A stretch of 64,000 nucleotides of DNA. Origin: Paramecium tetraurelia (lineage: Eukaryota). Below the pieces are notes generated by a model, which was given only the letters and a program-made list of their open reading frames with translations, was not told the origin of the DNA and did no database searches. Position numbers and translations under genes: made by a program. Within the stretch, counting starts at the first letter, position 1. Every line of letters starts with the position of its first letter. Where the stretch lies: NCBI GenBank assembly GCA_000165425.1, contig CT868662.1, positions 1 through 64,000 on the forward strand, in the 5' to 3' direction. This document shows, piece after piece, positions 10,478-25,238 of this stretch.

Positions 10478-13380
10478 ATGAGTGAAGGACAGAACAATAA
10501 TTCTTATCAGGAAGAAGAGTAAATACAAAGAGGATACAAAAATTGTGAAGCATTTTGCAATAGGTTGAGACGAGATTATCCTTTATTATACTAGTAATAT
10601 TAATTTTTTTATATTTAGATAGCTAGTTGAGTTAGTGAAAGACTACAAATAGAATAAATAAAGTATATCCCACTATTACGGCGAGATTAAAAAGCTCTTT
10701 TCCGATTAGCCAACAGTTATTGATAATGTCAATAGATTATTTTATCATGATGCAAGAATCAAGTCAAATGATACAATTCAATAACTAGAATGTCTTTTTA
10801 AATAAGACAAGCAAAGAATCAATCTTCTTGAGTAAACTAAGAATCTAATTCTCAAGGGAAATCTTGACCAATAGTAATAATTAGATGTAATTATAACTTT
10901 GATATCGTATTCTAGTTAATATCAATCTAATTCAAAGATGATCCAGAGGCTCTCAAAGAAATTTAGAATGTTTTCAAGCTCAAAAAATAAAAGCAAAAAA
11001 TTTAAGTGGATTGGAATGATATCAAAAATAAGAGGGTAAAACCAAATCCTCCAACGATGGAAGAAATTTAATCTTATTAAGCTTATTATACATAACATTT
11101 TTATAATAATGCTTATTAGTTATAAGCAAGTAGAGAAATTAAAAATGAAATTATTGTGCTAGATAAACTAAGATTAAAGTGTTTTAGTCATTTTACATCA
11201 GAGTCTGATTTTAATCAATTTTTCGATGAATTTGTAAAAGTCATCAATTTATATACAGAATGTATAATCACTTAATACGAATTGATGGATATTTTATCAT
11301 CACATATGTGGATTGATTAGGAAATTATAGATGAACTCAGAATAGCTATATTTACTAGAGCTCCAGCACGTAGACAACAAACTTAATTATTTAAGCCACT
11401 TAAAGACACTGACTTCAAAAATGCTGAGCACATTACAGGATCATATGTAAGAATGCATCCTGGATATGCAAATATTATGAAAGAAGATCCTAAATTACCA
11501 AATGTCTTGAATCATCTTTGGGTATCTGTGCCTTTTGGCAGCGAAGATTATTCTTTTTCAATTATGAGGAAAAATAGTTTTGAAGAATAATTATTCAAAA
11601 TAGAAGACGAAATGTTTGAATATGATGTTAATATTAATTGTTATAGAAGAACAATTAAAGTATTACTTTATTTGTAACATAGTTACTTGATTAGTTGATA
11701 GCAGGCAACAATTCATAAGCCATTGAATAGCAAATTAGAAAAATACTATAAATTAAATGTCTGCAATCAGTCTACAAAACAAATAGCAAGGACTAGGAGG
11801 AAGTTATCACATTATGGTAAAAGAATCCAATTCTATGTTCTCCTATTTTAAGAGATAGGTTGAACTAAAAATGTCAAGAGTTAATTAAATCAAGAGAAAT
11901 CGCAAACCAAACTTGGAAAATAACATAAAAAAACAATTTCTCCAGATCTTTAGATCACAGATCTTTCTATTTTAAAAAAAATGAAAAGCAATACACATGT
12001 GTCTCAAGATTTCTAAAAGAGCCTGACGAAAAGTACTCATTAATATAGACAAATAATGCTATTTAAGCAGAATATTTGAATTCTTTAGTATAATTAACCA
12101 CTATTAAACCGCTGAGCCATGGATAATATGTTAATATTAACGATATTGATCAAAGCACTGTTTTTAGCTTTTACATTTCCAGTAAAACCCTTTTGGAAGA
12201 AACTTTTGAAATCTTTAAATATTATGTGGAACAATCTAATTAGAACGAATCCGAATGGATTCTTGATTTATTCTAAAAAATATATTAAGGTTACTTCAAT
12301 CTTGATTTGGTTGATTAAAACTATAATTTTTCTCTTTTAAGAGCAGAGTTATCAGTTATTGAATAATATGTGACTAGTTCATCATTCTCTTACATCGATT
12401 AATTTAATATTGAATAAGAGTAAATCAAAAAATCTCACATTAATACTAATAATTCAATAAGCAACAACGGAAAGGATTCAGATGACTTTGAAGAATCTGA
12501 TTATGAGCTCTAAAGAATCAAAATTCTTAAATCACCTCTTATCGATGAATAGGATGTGTTCCCAAGGAATTCATTATAATTATCTACAAACTTTTAGAGT
12601 AAATATAAGCCACATGGCAAAATCATTTATGGCACGTCTGGAATATATTTGTTTTTTCGCTATTTCTATTCTTTGTATCAAAGAATTGAATTGGCACAAT
12701 AAATTAGTTAGAATTTTGAATAAAATGAAAAATTTGAAAGTATAATTTTTTTTAAACTCTAGAATTGGATGAAAAGGAAAAGAAAAAAATAATAGAATTA
12801 AGATATAAGCTATTTAAGCATGCTCTTCTTTACTAAATTAAAAATAAAGATTTCAAATATCAAGACTACTTAAGTTTGCTATTTGGAAAATAAGTGAATG
12901 TTTATAATAACTTTTTTAGGCTTTTCTATTCTACACAATTGATAAAATGCTTTCAGATTGTTGTAAACACTTAGCCAGTTTAGTTAATGATAAATTGACT
13001 GATTCATTTTTTGATTTTCTATTCAAATCAAACCATAATAAATATGAGTTAGACCCAACAAAAACTGAAGAAGTACAATTAAGCAACTTGTCATATGCTC
13101 TTTTAGATTTACAATTGGAATAAGCACAGCGAGTTTTATTCAGAGTAAATTGCATCCTCTATATAGTTTTGTTTACAAGATGACAGTTTGCATGTTAATT
13201 ATCTTCCTAATTGGTCAGTAATATAGGATAAATAATAATTAAATCGCATCTCATAATTTGTTAAATCTTACACAACAACCTATTCAAATAGAATCAAAGG
13301 TGTATTTTTATAAAGGAACTTAAGGGAAACAAGGGCAAACACTCAGAATTAAATAGAATGGACAGTTTTTGAATCTATGA
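10478..13380 (+). CDS. SIN3: Sin3 transcriptional co-repressor (PAH-like helices, HDAC-interacting domain)
   Basis: GSYVRMHPGY...[44 protein letters not shown] matches the Sin3 HID signature. N-terminal PAH-like segment and several short introns. Confidence 0.92.
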
Positions 13381-14041
13381 GAATAAGAAATAATTTGTCA
13401 GATATTTTAATTAAATGATTATTTTGGCTTTTATATATTTGCTAATTCATCATAAATTTGGTAAAATTTTTGATATCTTTATATAAATATATAACCATAA
13501 ACATTGTTATTATTTCCTTTACGTTTTGTTTAACCAATAAGATTATCCTATATTATGTCAAGAATCAAATAATTATCTAATAATTATTTATAATCTATTT
13601 TTTTTATAAAGAAAAAAAAATTGAATATATTTGAATAAAAAGAACTCAATTTTATAAAAGTTTTACCTATTTTATTTCACCAATTTTCAAAGTATCTCAT
13701 CCATCAGTATTGAATTTTAAATTGTTATAAGCCCTTTGAATCATCTATTCAATAAGCTTCTTATTTCATTTTTAATGATATAATCAATCTATGATAAAAA
13801 TAGATTTATAAAAAAGTATTTAAATCCTTAAAATATTCCAGATTATTAACTTATAAATTGCTTCTGAAATATAGTATAATATCCGCTCATGTTATAAATA
13901 TTTTATGTAGCATTTTAAGAAGATTCTATAATTATAAGGCCTCGATTTATCAATTCAAATAGTTTTTAACAATAGTGGCAATTTGTATTCATCTTATTGT
14001 TAATGTTCAAACAATTTTATTTATATTGATAATAAATAAAA

Positions 14042-14515
14042 ATGGATGATAATCCAGTACAGCTGCGCATTGATTTTGAAAATTTATAAGTTTCTGATTA
14101 AGATGATGAGTGCTACAGTGGAGTTTCAGATGTTTCTGTTGAACTTTAAATATTAGAATACTAGCCATAATAACCAGCTAGCTTGAATATTGAAAGAAGC
14201 ATTGTTTCATTTCTCAAGGAACTTGGTATCAAAATGAAAACAGATCCAAGAGCTAAGCAAGAAAGATATTTTAAGAGAAAAAGGCATTTAAAAAGAGCAC
14301 AAACAACATTAAAGGAAGAAAAAGAAATTAAATCAACTACTATGACACCACCATAAATCAGTAAGAAACCTAAAATGTAGTTATAATTGAATTCAATCAT
14401 TGGAAGACGAACTCCCCAAAATTTAGGAAGCACACCTTTACTTAATTTTCCAAATAAAATTACTGAAAAGTCTAAATTCAGCCTATAGCGTGAAACATCT
14501 AGTTCTCCAGTTTGA
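14042..14515 (+). CDS. Hypothetical protein, 157 aa, acidic N-terminus, basic and S/T/P-rich C-terminus
   Basis: Uninterrupted frame MDDNPVQLRIDFENLQVSDQDDECYSGVSDVSVEL...RETSSSPV* flanked by AT-rich spacers. Confidence 0.75.
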
Positions 14516-14680
14516 ATTTGAAATAATATATAACAAATTATCTAATTAGATACTTAATAAACAGTCTCTATATTGATATAGAAATCATGGTTTTTATGAT
14601 GTTGCGTTGCAACTTTAAAATTATGATGAATAAAATCAATGTAAATTTTATTGATAAATTGTATTTAATTTTTAATGTTT

Positions 14681-17600
14681 TCAATGTTTAATATTGAATT
14701 GATGACCCAATTCATATTCTTCATCGAATTTTTGAATAGCTTGGTATTATTCAACAAGTGATTTTATCTAAGGTTTAAAAGTTAATAATTACTTCATAAC
14801 TTTAGTAAGTGTCAAACCTAATAGGTTCCTTAAATATTTAGAGGTCAAAGATTATTTAACTAGGATAAGACTTCACTCCATTTACACGACTATAATCAAT
14901 TTCTCTAAATTGTTCCTTTCTTTGAGGGTTTAAAAAATGTATTTTATGAATGGACAATCCTAAATAAATGGTGGGATGAACTTCAAGTCCTAAATTCTTA
15001 AAATACTTCTGAGTTCCCTCATAGACTTGCACTTAAAAGATTGCCATTATGCTTTAAACAAATGTTCGCGCAGCATTCAAAGTAACTCCTGCAGCCAAAT
15101 ATTTTTTGTCGGTGTGTTTGTATTAGGAGTTGGGTTTTTTTTAGATTTAGTCATTTTCATTTTTTTTCTAAAATCAATTTTTAAATCTTACACTGATTGT
15201 TGAGAGTTCATTGTCAAGTGCCTTAAAACACTAAGTAACCAGATCTTTCCATTCTTTATCTGTGCTACTTTGAAACATTTCAGAGGGAATTACTCTTCTG
15301 ACTTCACCAAATAATTTATCATCCAACCTTTGGTGTTTCATATGGAAATAGAGTGCAGCAAATAAACAATATTCCTTAAATCCAAGTTGTAGCTTTTAAT
15401 CATGAACATCATCTAATATAGAGAAGGCTAGGTTTATTAGCCTGACTGGATCTTCCTTATAATCACTCTCTTCCAATTTGGCAGGCAAGTAAATGTATTT
15501 TTTCATTTTTATTAGAACTCTAATAATTAGAATTAATAAGTACTCTGCATTTGATTTGGCTAACATTTATTCCAATTTATTTAATATTCCATGGTTATTT
15601 TGTCTTTCATCATCAATCACTTTAAAAAGTACTTCATCATCATCCAAAACTCTCTGTTTCTTTAATTAATCAACTAAATATAATCTAAAATCTTTGTAAT
15701 AAACAAGGTGATTGTATTTAGCAACATATTCTAAGACTTCTCTAACTCTTGTTTGTTCTGTGACCCCAAGTGCTGTTTCAGTTCCATCAGGAAATGTAAT
15801 AATAATCTTTTGCAAACTGGGATCTTTTGAATTCTCATATGAGATAACCTTATTGGGGCAAATTTACACAACACTTTTTTTTCTTGTTTCTTGTTCAATA
15901 TAAACTGCCTTTAAAATCTCTCCAGCACTTATTTTTAGTTTTTCAATATTTATGCCTTTTTCTCTTAATTCTTCTTTTCCTTCTAATGTGGTTCTTTTAA
16001 AATTCTACTATTTCTAGGTTAAATTTGATTTTAAAATAGATTAATACAGATCTGGTAAGTCAAAAAAATTCTTAGGTAATTCTAATTTGATTAATGATGA
16101 TCTATACTTAACTCATTCAAAATATCAGGATCCGATTAGGACTCCTTTGCTTATAATAATGCCTAAAGGAAATTTTCTATTGCTATCTTACGTGCCTCGA
16201 TAGACTTGGTCTTGTGACTCATCAACCAATTTTTGTCAGGTAATTAAGGCAACTCGATTCTAGGATATCTTTGTTTATATTTAATAGACATCACTTCAAT
16301 TTCACTGTATCGAATAAATATCTAGATAAGGGTGTTTTAATACATTTTGAAACACTTTATTTATACTAATTTCAGTAATATATTAAGTATGTTTAGTGAA
16401 TGATTAAAAGTTTCTTTCTTCAGTTCCCACTACAACCACCTAAACAGGATATCGCATTTTTATTTATTAATTACCAAGTTCCTTTTCTCTTTCATGTTCA
16501 TGTTCTCTATTTTCTTAGATCAATTTTTCAAACAAGTCTATATATTTCTTCTTTGCAGCCGGCGTTTCAGCTATGCATTAGATTGTATCACCTACTCCAA
16601 CAATTTAAAACAAATTGCTAAAGTACTTATTATTATCCGATTAATTCTTAACAAAAGATAAAGAATCTAATTTGAGTTTCTTTTAAACTTTTTCATCTTG
16701 TACAACTACCAACATGTCACTCAAAGCATAGACTGTTACTTAACAATCCTCATCATGTTTTGCATTTGGTTAAATGGTTGTTAATTTCTCTTCAAATTTA
16801 AAAATTCTCTGAGGTTCATTTAATAATTCTTCTTAATTGATCTTCAAAGACTCACTCAATTATTGAAGTTACAATCTACCCATAAAGATATCCATAAATT
16901 TGTTATTTTCTTCATTTACTTCCTTGAAATATTTATGAATCTCTTTGATATTTGGTAAATCTGGATAATCTTCATCTGTATTCTTTTCTAAATCCTATGA
17001 TAAATTCCAATCATACTTTAAAAAGCAAAATGTATTTAGGCAATCTCTATATAGGTTTAACTAAGAAACTTCCTAGATCCATTCCTCTTAATGTATTATT
17101 TTTGTTAAGCTATGTTAAGAACTCTTTAAACTTTTAATCATTTGCTTTCAGATGTTCAAAATGTTTATTAGATTTTGTAAATTTACTACAATATTCGTAA
17201 TAACATTTGAATGCAACTAGATCTGGTGTTTTTAATTATTAAGCATTCCCATAAAACACTGATTGATAAGGCCTGGGCATCTAGTTCTTATCAAGATTGT
17301 ATTTTGAATATCCCTTTTCCATTTCTTACAAAAACTCTTTATTCCAAGCCAATATTTCATCACAATTCATAAAAATAGTTTGAACGTCGTTTGGAGATAA
17401 AATAGAAAGTGAGGATGTTTTCACTTTTTCACAGATAATAGCCAAATCATTCACGTATGTCCTCTCTGTATTTATAATTTCAGCAATCACATTCTTTCTA
17501 TATCTATGTTTTTTTTTCATCTTTTAGTAAAGCTTCTATTATTTCTTACCAGAAAACCATAACATCATTCTATGAACAGCCTTAACTTCTTTGCTTCTCA

Positions 17601-17763
17601 CTCTTATACAATGGGATTCTTCAACAGGTTTTGATGATACTGATTGCTATTGTCTTGGTTATTGTTGTTGCTATTGTTATGGTTATTGCTATTGATAGAC
17701 ACTCTCTACAATTTTAAATTAATTCTTTGGTTATCCTAGTAATTGATTGGAATTTTAGTTCAT
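14681..17763 (-). CDS. RhoGEF with DH-PH-PX-FERM-like architecture
   Basis: DH: RKNVIAEIINTERTYVNDL...DLGSFLVKPIQRLPKYILLL. A PH-like segment follows. PX: IRYSEI...LPQLPDK...IEARKIAIENFLQ. FERM-like: IIITFPDGTETALGVTEQTRVREVL...KKYIYLP...IYLGLSIHKIHFL. Ends at TGA 14681-14683. Confidence 0.88.
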
Positions 17764-17799
17764 TTATAAAACAAATAATATTATTTACAATAAGAATTT

Positions 17800-18717
17800 C
17801 ACATTTAGGGATTCTAGATTTCTCTAAAACTAGCCATTGATCTAACATCGTCAGATCTATTGGAATCACTTAAATGAGGGACACTCTGAATACCAGTTAA
17901 AGTTTTGATGGCATTTCTTTATAATGTAGCCCTAGCTTTTTTTCTGCCAATTCTTAAAAATCGTTTTGCCAAGGAAATACCAACAATCGATGATTCTGAA
18001 AATTTGTTTTTCTTTTTCTTTAAAATTTCCTCCTTTCTATGTTATTCCATCTTTGTTACTGTGTCACCTTTGGTTAACTAAAAATGTCGATCTTTCTATT
18101 CATCAAAGTCCCTCTTTTTTCTTTTTAATTCTTCGACTTCATGTTACCATCTCATGAATGTCATAAAGTCCTTGCTTTTCAATTTGACAGTTATTTTACC
18201 TTACTAATAAAATTCTTCTATATGGTTGTTCTCACTCCAATTCAGAATTTTACTATAGTCCTTTTAAAAAATTAATTTGCTATTTCTCATTAGAAATGCT
18301 TCTTATTGGAATATTGGGTAATTTTATCTATTATTTGTTATCTTTGACCAATAGTTTTAAGGATGCCGCTGCTTGTTATCTAAGTAAGTAATTAGTAGAG
18401 TGTTGGGATTTTTGAGAATTTGAGGATTCTTCTGATGTAATTGTAAAGGAACTTGAATCAGAAGAGATTTAAAATTCAAATTTTTTTCCCTATATAAGTC
18501 ATATTTAGGGTTGATTTACTTTTTTGCTGCTCAATGATTTAATAGGCTATTCTTAAGGAACTTCTTAATCTACCACTTATGAAAATTGGGCTTAAGATCT
18601 TTGGCTCAAGATCATTTGCAAAGAAGTACGAGGATCAACGCTTTGTCTCATTTAATTCATTTCTTTTGATATAACTTGTTGCAATTTAAATCGTCCAATT
18701 CCTATTGGTTAATCCAT
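17800..18717 (-). CDS. Hypothetical protein or pseudogene; exon structure unresolved
   Basis: MDQPIGIGRFKLQQVISKEM..., a 30-nt intron, then a Ser-rich frame that meets TGA at 18232. Coding-like sequence continues in other frames to about 17800. Confidence 0.4.
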
Positions 18718-18799
18718 CTCAATGTAATTAAAATAAAGAAAGAGAATTGATATATCAGATGATCGTATTAATTTCATATCATTTTGAAAAGCTCTTTTT

Positions 18800-19910
18800 T
18801 TTAATGATGAACCCGTACTCAAATTACGGAAACTCAAACTGAAGAAATTGGCCGATTTAGAAACTTTTCTTCATCAATAAAACTAACGGAGAGAAACATT
18901 TGACCAAAATCTTCATAACAACAACTTGAAATTGCAACATCAAAAAAACCAATCACACGATGGGGGCAAAATAATCGATTACGTTAAAGTATAGAATAGA
19001 GAGTAACGACTTATGATGAATTAATAGGTTAAACTAAGTAAGATTGTAACAAAAATTTTTGAACCGTTCACGCATTCTATAAGATGAACCCCAAAAAAGC
19101 AAAGAAAAAGAGCTACCGTTTGTTGAAGTAAGCATTCAACCTATATCAATCTTTAGGAATATCTCTGTAGAAGAACATTAAATAACATCATTAAAAAATC
19201 ACATCTTAAACATGACACCATCAAAGCTTCTTTATAAAAAGTCGAGACGTTCTTATATAGCATTGATACAACAAGAGATCAATTCGTTCAAATTTCTCCT
19301 CATACTCAATCTAAAAATACCTAGATAAAGACAACCAGAAATGAAGAATATTCATCTCATTCTATAAAATCTCAATTGTTTAATGTAAGCGAATCTCCAA
19401 CAGGTAGGGATAGGTCAAAATCCCTTAAGTAAACGATTGAGTAGAACCATGAAATTAGAAGTAAATCAATATTATTATCATTCTTAGATTTGAGGAGTGA
19501 TAAAGTCAAAGAAATAATTTACAAAACTGAGGAAATTAGAGAGCGTAGTATGGCAGCTGTAAGATATTTGCTAAATTAAATAGAAACTATCTGTTTACAG
19601 TGAAAAGCCAGACAGTATATAACCAACAAAAAAATAATTATAATAACTTAGATACAAATGGGTTAGAAAACTAAAATACAAGATTGAATTACACAACAAT
19701 TAAATGAAATAATTTACAGAGTTCTTAGATTATCTGAAATACTCTGATGATATAGTAACAAATGAGGATCACAAGTATTTAAAATACTATAGAGATAAAT
19801 TATTAAATGGCGATCATCTAGTTGATCATGACTTTTAGATGATGATCAATGATTAAAAAACTATAAAAATCGGAGAATTAATACGTAAATGTGTCGCTAT
19901 TGAAAATTGA
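18800..19910 (+). CDS. Hypothetical protein; start and introns uncertain
   Basis: Coding-like composition with intron-like segments. The terminal frame EFLDYLKYSDDIVTNEDHKYLKYYRDKLLNGDHLVDHDFQ...KCVAIEN* ends at TGA 19908-19910. Confidence 0.4.
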
Positions 19911-20016
19911 TCTATGTTCATATAACAAATTATCCAAGAATTTTAGAAAACAATTATTAATTATGCCATTCGTAAGAATATAAATAATAAATCTTTTATA
20001 TATTAATTTAATCCAA

Positions 20017-20342
20017 ATGGCAGAGAATGTATACCTATGTTCTTATTATTTCATAGTTCGAATTGGCAGCTGAAGAAGTTAAATCATTCGTTGATAAATT
20101 GAATGATTAAACAAAATTGTAGATTTATGGATTATACAAATAAGCAACCGTGGGAGATGTTAATATCGGTAATCTGAAAAATGATAATATTTTAAGGTAA
20201 ACCAGGAATTCTTGATCAAAAAGGCAGAGCAAAGTGGGATGCATGGAATGCTAACAAGGGAAAGTCTAACGAATAAGCAAAAGCTGAATATGTTTAAGTC
20301 GTGAAAGCTAATGCTCCTGCTGATATTGCAAAAAATTTATGA
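20017..20342 (+). CDS. ACBP: Acyl-CoA-binding protein (2 introns)
   Basis: MAEN/FELAAEEVKSF...LQIYGLYKQATVGDVNI/GKPGILDQKGRAKWDAWNANKGKS. Confidence 0.97.
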
Positions 20343-21211
20343 GCGAATGAAATGATCATATCATATTAAATGTTACATTAATCTATAATTATCATGAAAG
20401 GACAACAAAAATAATAAGAAAGTTAATTATATCTTGATTGTCGACTATAAAGGATTGGGGAATCAAAATATTTTTGAATTTGCAATATAGTGTTTAAATA
20501 CAGATCTAACTTATTAGAAGTAAGGTTATTCGCAACAAAAATTTATAGGCATAGATGTATTTTTCTTATCGTCCAAAACCACTTATTCTTTATCTGCTTT
20601 TATGTAAAATGATCATTTTAGATATTTAGTTTAATATGACCTGAAAATTACTTAACTTGAATGTTCTTCAATATAAATAATTAAAAACATTGATCATTAA
20701 TCTAATTCCTTAAATTTACTAAAAATAATTTATTCAGATGTTGATTCTATGTTAGATTTGCTTTGAATGAATTTAGATTCATTGATGAATAGAGCTAATT
20801 TATATTCATTTCTAATCTATTCTAAAACTATCATATAACTTTATCTAGAAATATGAAATTATTTTAGATGAACCAATTCGCTCAAAGAATCTGTTAAAAT
20901 GAGCATCTAACACTTAATGAGAAATTTTGCAAATGTAGAAAGATGTGATTTCTATAAACAGACTGAATTAAATCTACAATTTATTTTAGAGAAATCATAA
21001 AAGAATCTTTAAGAGACTCTGTAAAAATGAAAGCAAATATAAGATAAATTTAAACTACAATATTGCTGGATTTCCTAATTTATTATAGTTTACTCAGAAA
21101 GGAAGATGCTTTTATATATGTATTCATATATTAATTGGATCTAATCATATGTGTGTAGAGGAAGCTGGATAGTTTTAAAAATGATTATAATGATGTATAA
21201 TAATTGATATA

Positions 21212-22509
21212 TCAATGGAATATGGATTTCTTTTATGAATTTAACAGGGATTTGGTTTCTACAGTTTAGTCGCTGAAAACATAGGCTTCGCCACCAGCTA
21301 ACAATATAAATATGATTCACATACCATAGCTTTAATCGATTCCCAAGGATTCTTATTCAGGTTTAATCTTAAAGATTCCAAAACCTTTCAATGGTACCAA
21401 TACTGCTAAAATGAGGAGAGCCCATCCAGCAATAGAGAGTACTCCTACAATTTAGATTCCAAATGATTTTAGATTATTGCCATAAAATAATCCATGGGAT
21501 CTTGACAAAATTCCGTATAAAAGAGTACCAAGAATTCCTGGAACAAGATGAGCACCTACTGCTTATCCTGGATCATCTACATGAGATCTTTTAACTATTA
21601 ATTATATCACGAGGTATGAGATTCCAGCTAATGTTCCAATAAAGGCAGCAGCCCATAATTAGATATCATCAACGCTTGCACTGACTGCTACGACTCCTGC
21701 AAGTGATCCTCTAGCAATAGTTATTAAACTTGTTTTTTCTTTTTTCAAATAATATGAGACATAACTGCTCAATCCACCAAATGATGCAGCCAACAAAGCA
21801 TTAACAGGAACTAATCCCTTGACATAGGTTGCTGATCCTCTATTCAATCCAGAGAGGAATATGATTTATACAACAACAAGTAAGATGGTACCAATTCCAA
21901 CGAAGAATGGTGCATGATGTGGGAAAATTCCTGGATGAATTTTTCCATTTTGATCTCTACGCTCATGTAATAATAATGATGCCAACAAAGCAGTAACACC
22001 TCCAAACACATGAATTACTGAACTTCCTCCAAAGTCTTAGAATCCAAATGTACTCAACCATCCTTGACCAAAAGTCCAATGAACAACTATTGGATACAAG
22101 AGTCCTTATAGTATGATCACTCCAAAACTGAATGAGAAGAATCTTGACCTCTCCAAAGTGCCTAATGCAAAGATTGAAGTCACGAAAATGGCAGCAATAG
22201 TGTGGAATACAAAGTTGTCATAATCATTTTTGCTTGGTGTTGATTCAAATGATGCAGCGGCAAATAATGATTTACCAATGAATTTGTTTGAATCCTATCC
22301 AAATGCAAATGCATAGCCAGTCTAATAATATTCGATTGTCTTACAATATAGAAAGCCAGAATTGTTAAGATTCCACCCAATAAAATTGTAATAATGGCAG
22401 ATTGAACTGATTTGTATCTGACCGCTCCGGCAGCTATCATTGAATATCCTAATAGTCCTAGGATAGAAAAGAAAGCGCAAGACAACACCCAAGTTTCATC
22501 TAAAGCCAT
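21212..22509 (-). CDS. AMT: Ammonium transporter (Amt/Mep/Rh family)
   Basis: GYAFAFG, YPIVVHW, FQDFGGSSVIHVFGG, VDDP...GAHLVPGILG with both pore histidines present. 2 introns. Confidence 0.96.
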
Positions 22510-22591
22510 TTGATTCCGTTAAAATTATTAATTACTTTTTGGAATTCAAATTTTGTTTTTATATTTGGATATTATGTATATTTCAATTCTT

Positions 22592-24425
22592 TCATTGTAA
22601 TAATGCTCTTACGACAGTATTCACATTTAATTTCTTTAAATGTGTATATTTCTGTCCTACTCCAACGAAGAGAATTGGTTTGCCTGTTGCTGATGTTAAT
22701 GATAATGCTGCACCAACTACAAAATATGATTAATTATTTACCTTTTTCATCAACAGTGTCAAATTTACTCAAAATGATAGCGTCGATCTCTCTTACATTA
22801 TCCTTTGGACTATTCACAATCAAAGCTTTGTTAAAATTAACCAATTAATCTACTCCATCATTACCAACTAAGGCCTCCCCTACAAATAATACAAGATCAG
22901 GATTATTCATTGTTACTATCCTTGACAATGCTCTCATCAAAGGTTCATTATGTTACATTCTTCCAGCTGTATCCACTAAAACAACATCAATTTTTTTGAT
23001 CGTTGCCTCTCTTATAGCTTAATAAGCAATCTCAGGAGGATCGTCTTTATATCCTCTATCATAAACTGGAATTCCCAAACATTATCCATGGGTCTTTAAT
23101 TATTCTACAGCTCCAGCTCTGAAATTATCACATGCTGCAATCATCAATGAGAATCCTTAACTTTTGAATAAGTATCCTAATTTTGCAAGTGTTGTTGATT
23201 TTCCAACCCCATTAACTCCAATGATTACTATAACATAAGGTTTTTGTTTTTCTTTTGCTCTCAAAGCTTCAGCAATAATATCAATATGTCTATTTGGTGT
23301 CAGAATTCTTGTTAATGTTGACTTCATTGCTTCTTATACTGATGTTCTGATTGATTAAAATGCTTTTGTTTTTGTAGCCAATAAGTTTGTTTTAATAGAG
23401 TCAACCAATTTCTATGCTATTTCCTCTGCTACATTTTTCTACATTAAGGCATTTTTGAAATCATCTAAAACTGGTAATAGATCTTCTTCAGTTAATTATT
23501 TATTTCCTGTGAGATTCTAAATCTTTCCTGTCAATTTTTAAAACAACCCTTGTTTTTTTTGTTATTTTGGATTTTCATCATCTGAACCAAATAAAGGATC
23601 ATCATCACCAATAAATTACTTTAATAAATCATCTTCTTATTCTTAGGTCATGTATTTCTCATTTTAATTTGATTAGACTTAAGTTTGTCCTTTACTTGTG
23701 AAATCCAAAGAGTCAATTTATTTTTTAGTTATGTTTGTATTCATAATGACAGACTATTTTGGTGATCTACTATCAACAGGAGATTTAGCACCATCTTAAG
23801 GGGACTTTGCACCATCTTTTGGAGATCGTGTACCAGATTTTTATTACATCTTCATTTTAATTATTTCTGATTTGCTCAACTTTTATTAACCATCATTTGG
23901 CTCTTCATTTGGCGTATTACCTGTTTCAACCTTTGGTTCGAATGTTGAGAATTATTCTTACTATTAATCTTATGTTCTTGTTGGTCCTTCTTTTTCTTTC
24001 TCACTCCTTTTGTCACAATACAATTACCACATCTTCATGACTTCCTCAAAACCAGAATCAAACTCTGGGATAGATCTACAATTTAAAATGGGATTAATAC
24101 TTGTAAATTCCTTTTTATTTAATTGCGGGATTGTATATTTATTTGAATTAAGTTTACAACATTTTCAACAATACATCAATATATTGGATGAAAAAGATTT
24201 CTTGATAAGAAACGATAAATATCAGTCCTAATTCATTTAATATGACCCATTGAACTTTCATTGATCCCAATTATAATGATGTTTTCTATTGTAAACATCC
24301 ATCAATGACTTTTCCCAAAACATCCTCCTTTATTTAGCACAGAGCCTAGTTGTTTAATGAAATCAGAATACTTTGTAAAATAGGATGACTCCTCCAGTAG
24401 TTATTATACTTACTAAATCGATCAT
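22592..24425 (-). CDS. SRPRA: Signal recognition particle receptor alpha subunit
   Basis: N-terminal SRX-like [18 protein letters not shown], then [45 protein letters not shown] and [12 protein letters not shown]. Confidence 0.97.
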
Positions 24426-25238
24426 TAATATTACACGTAATTAATTTAATATTAAATAAATTAATAAAATATGAGGATAATATGTTTTCATAAATTAATA
24501 TTCTGACATGAAGGTTTATTGCCATATAAAGATTTAATAATGAAATGGTTGGTATCAGACAATTATTAATTAATATTATCATATCAATTCCACTCTAGTA
24601 AGCCATCCATAATTCTCACGATTATATCTAAAGGAAATTATTAACTACTTACAATCAGAAACTAATATTTAAAATTCTTTGAAACTACTCAGTTGTTTTG
24701 AATACTATATTAAGTTTTATATTTGTTGACTAAATTACCAATAGTATTTTATCTAAAAAAATCAAAACATATTTCTATTTCAAGAATGATTAATCTTCTT
24801 TTCTCTCCTAAATTATCAATGCTACTTTAGTTGCATTTGGATGAGATAATAAAATGTTTCAAAAAACACTACTGCTTTTGATATTAATTGATTAAGAAAA
24901 CAGTTTTTCAATATCCATAAAAGCATTTTTACTTGATACTGTATTTAATCATAAAGTATTCTCATCTATTTATTAATTCTAATTCAAAGTAAAATTTATT
25001 ATGTAAGTAAGAATTCTCTCTCTTTAAACAAAAACACGCAAACTCATAATTGCTATACTAACGGTATGCCTTCTTTATGGATTTTATTCAATTAGTGATT
25101 TGCTATTGCATATCCAATCATATATTGGCAAAATTATAAATAATATTGAATATAACAAAATTATGAGATTTATCAGATTGATATATAAATGAACAAGCAA
25201 TAAAAATATTTAGAAATAATTTTTATTGTTAATTATTA

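Noticed and set aside
14681..15160. Separate small gene starting at ATG 15160 (-)
   Set aside because: That frame closes quickly. The region is the spliced 3' end of the RhoGEF-PX-FERM gene.
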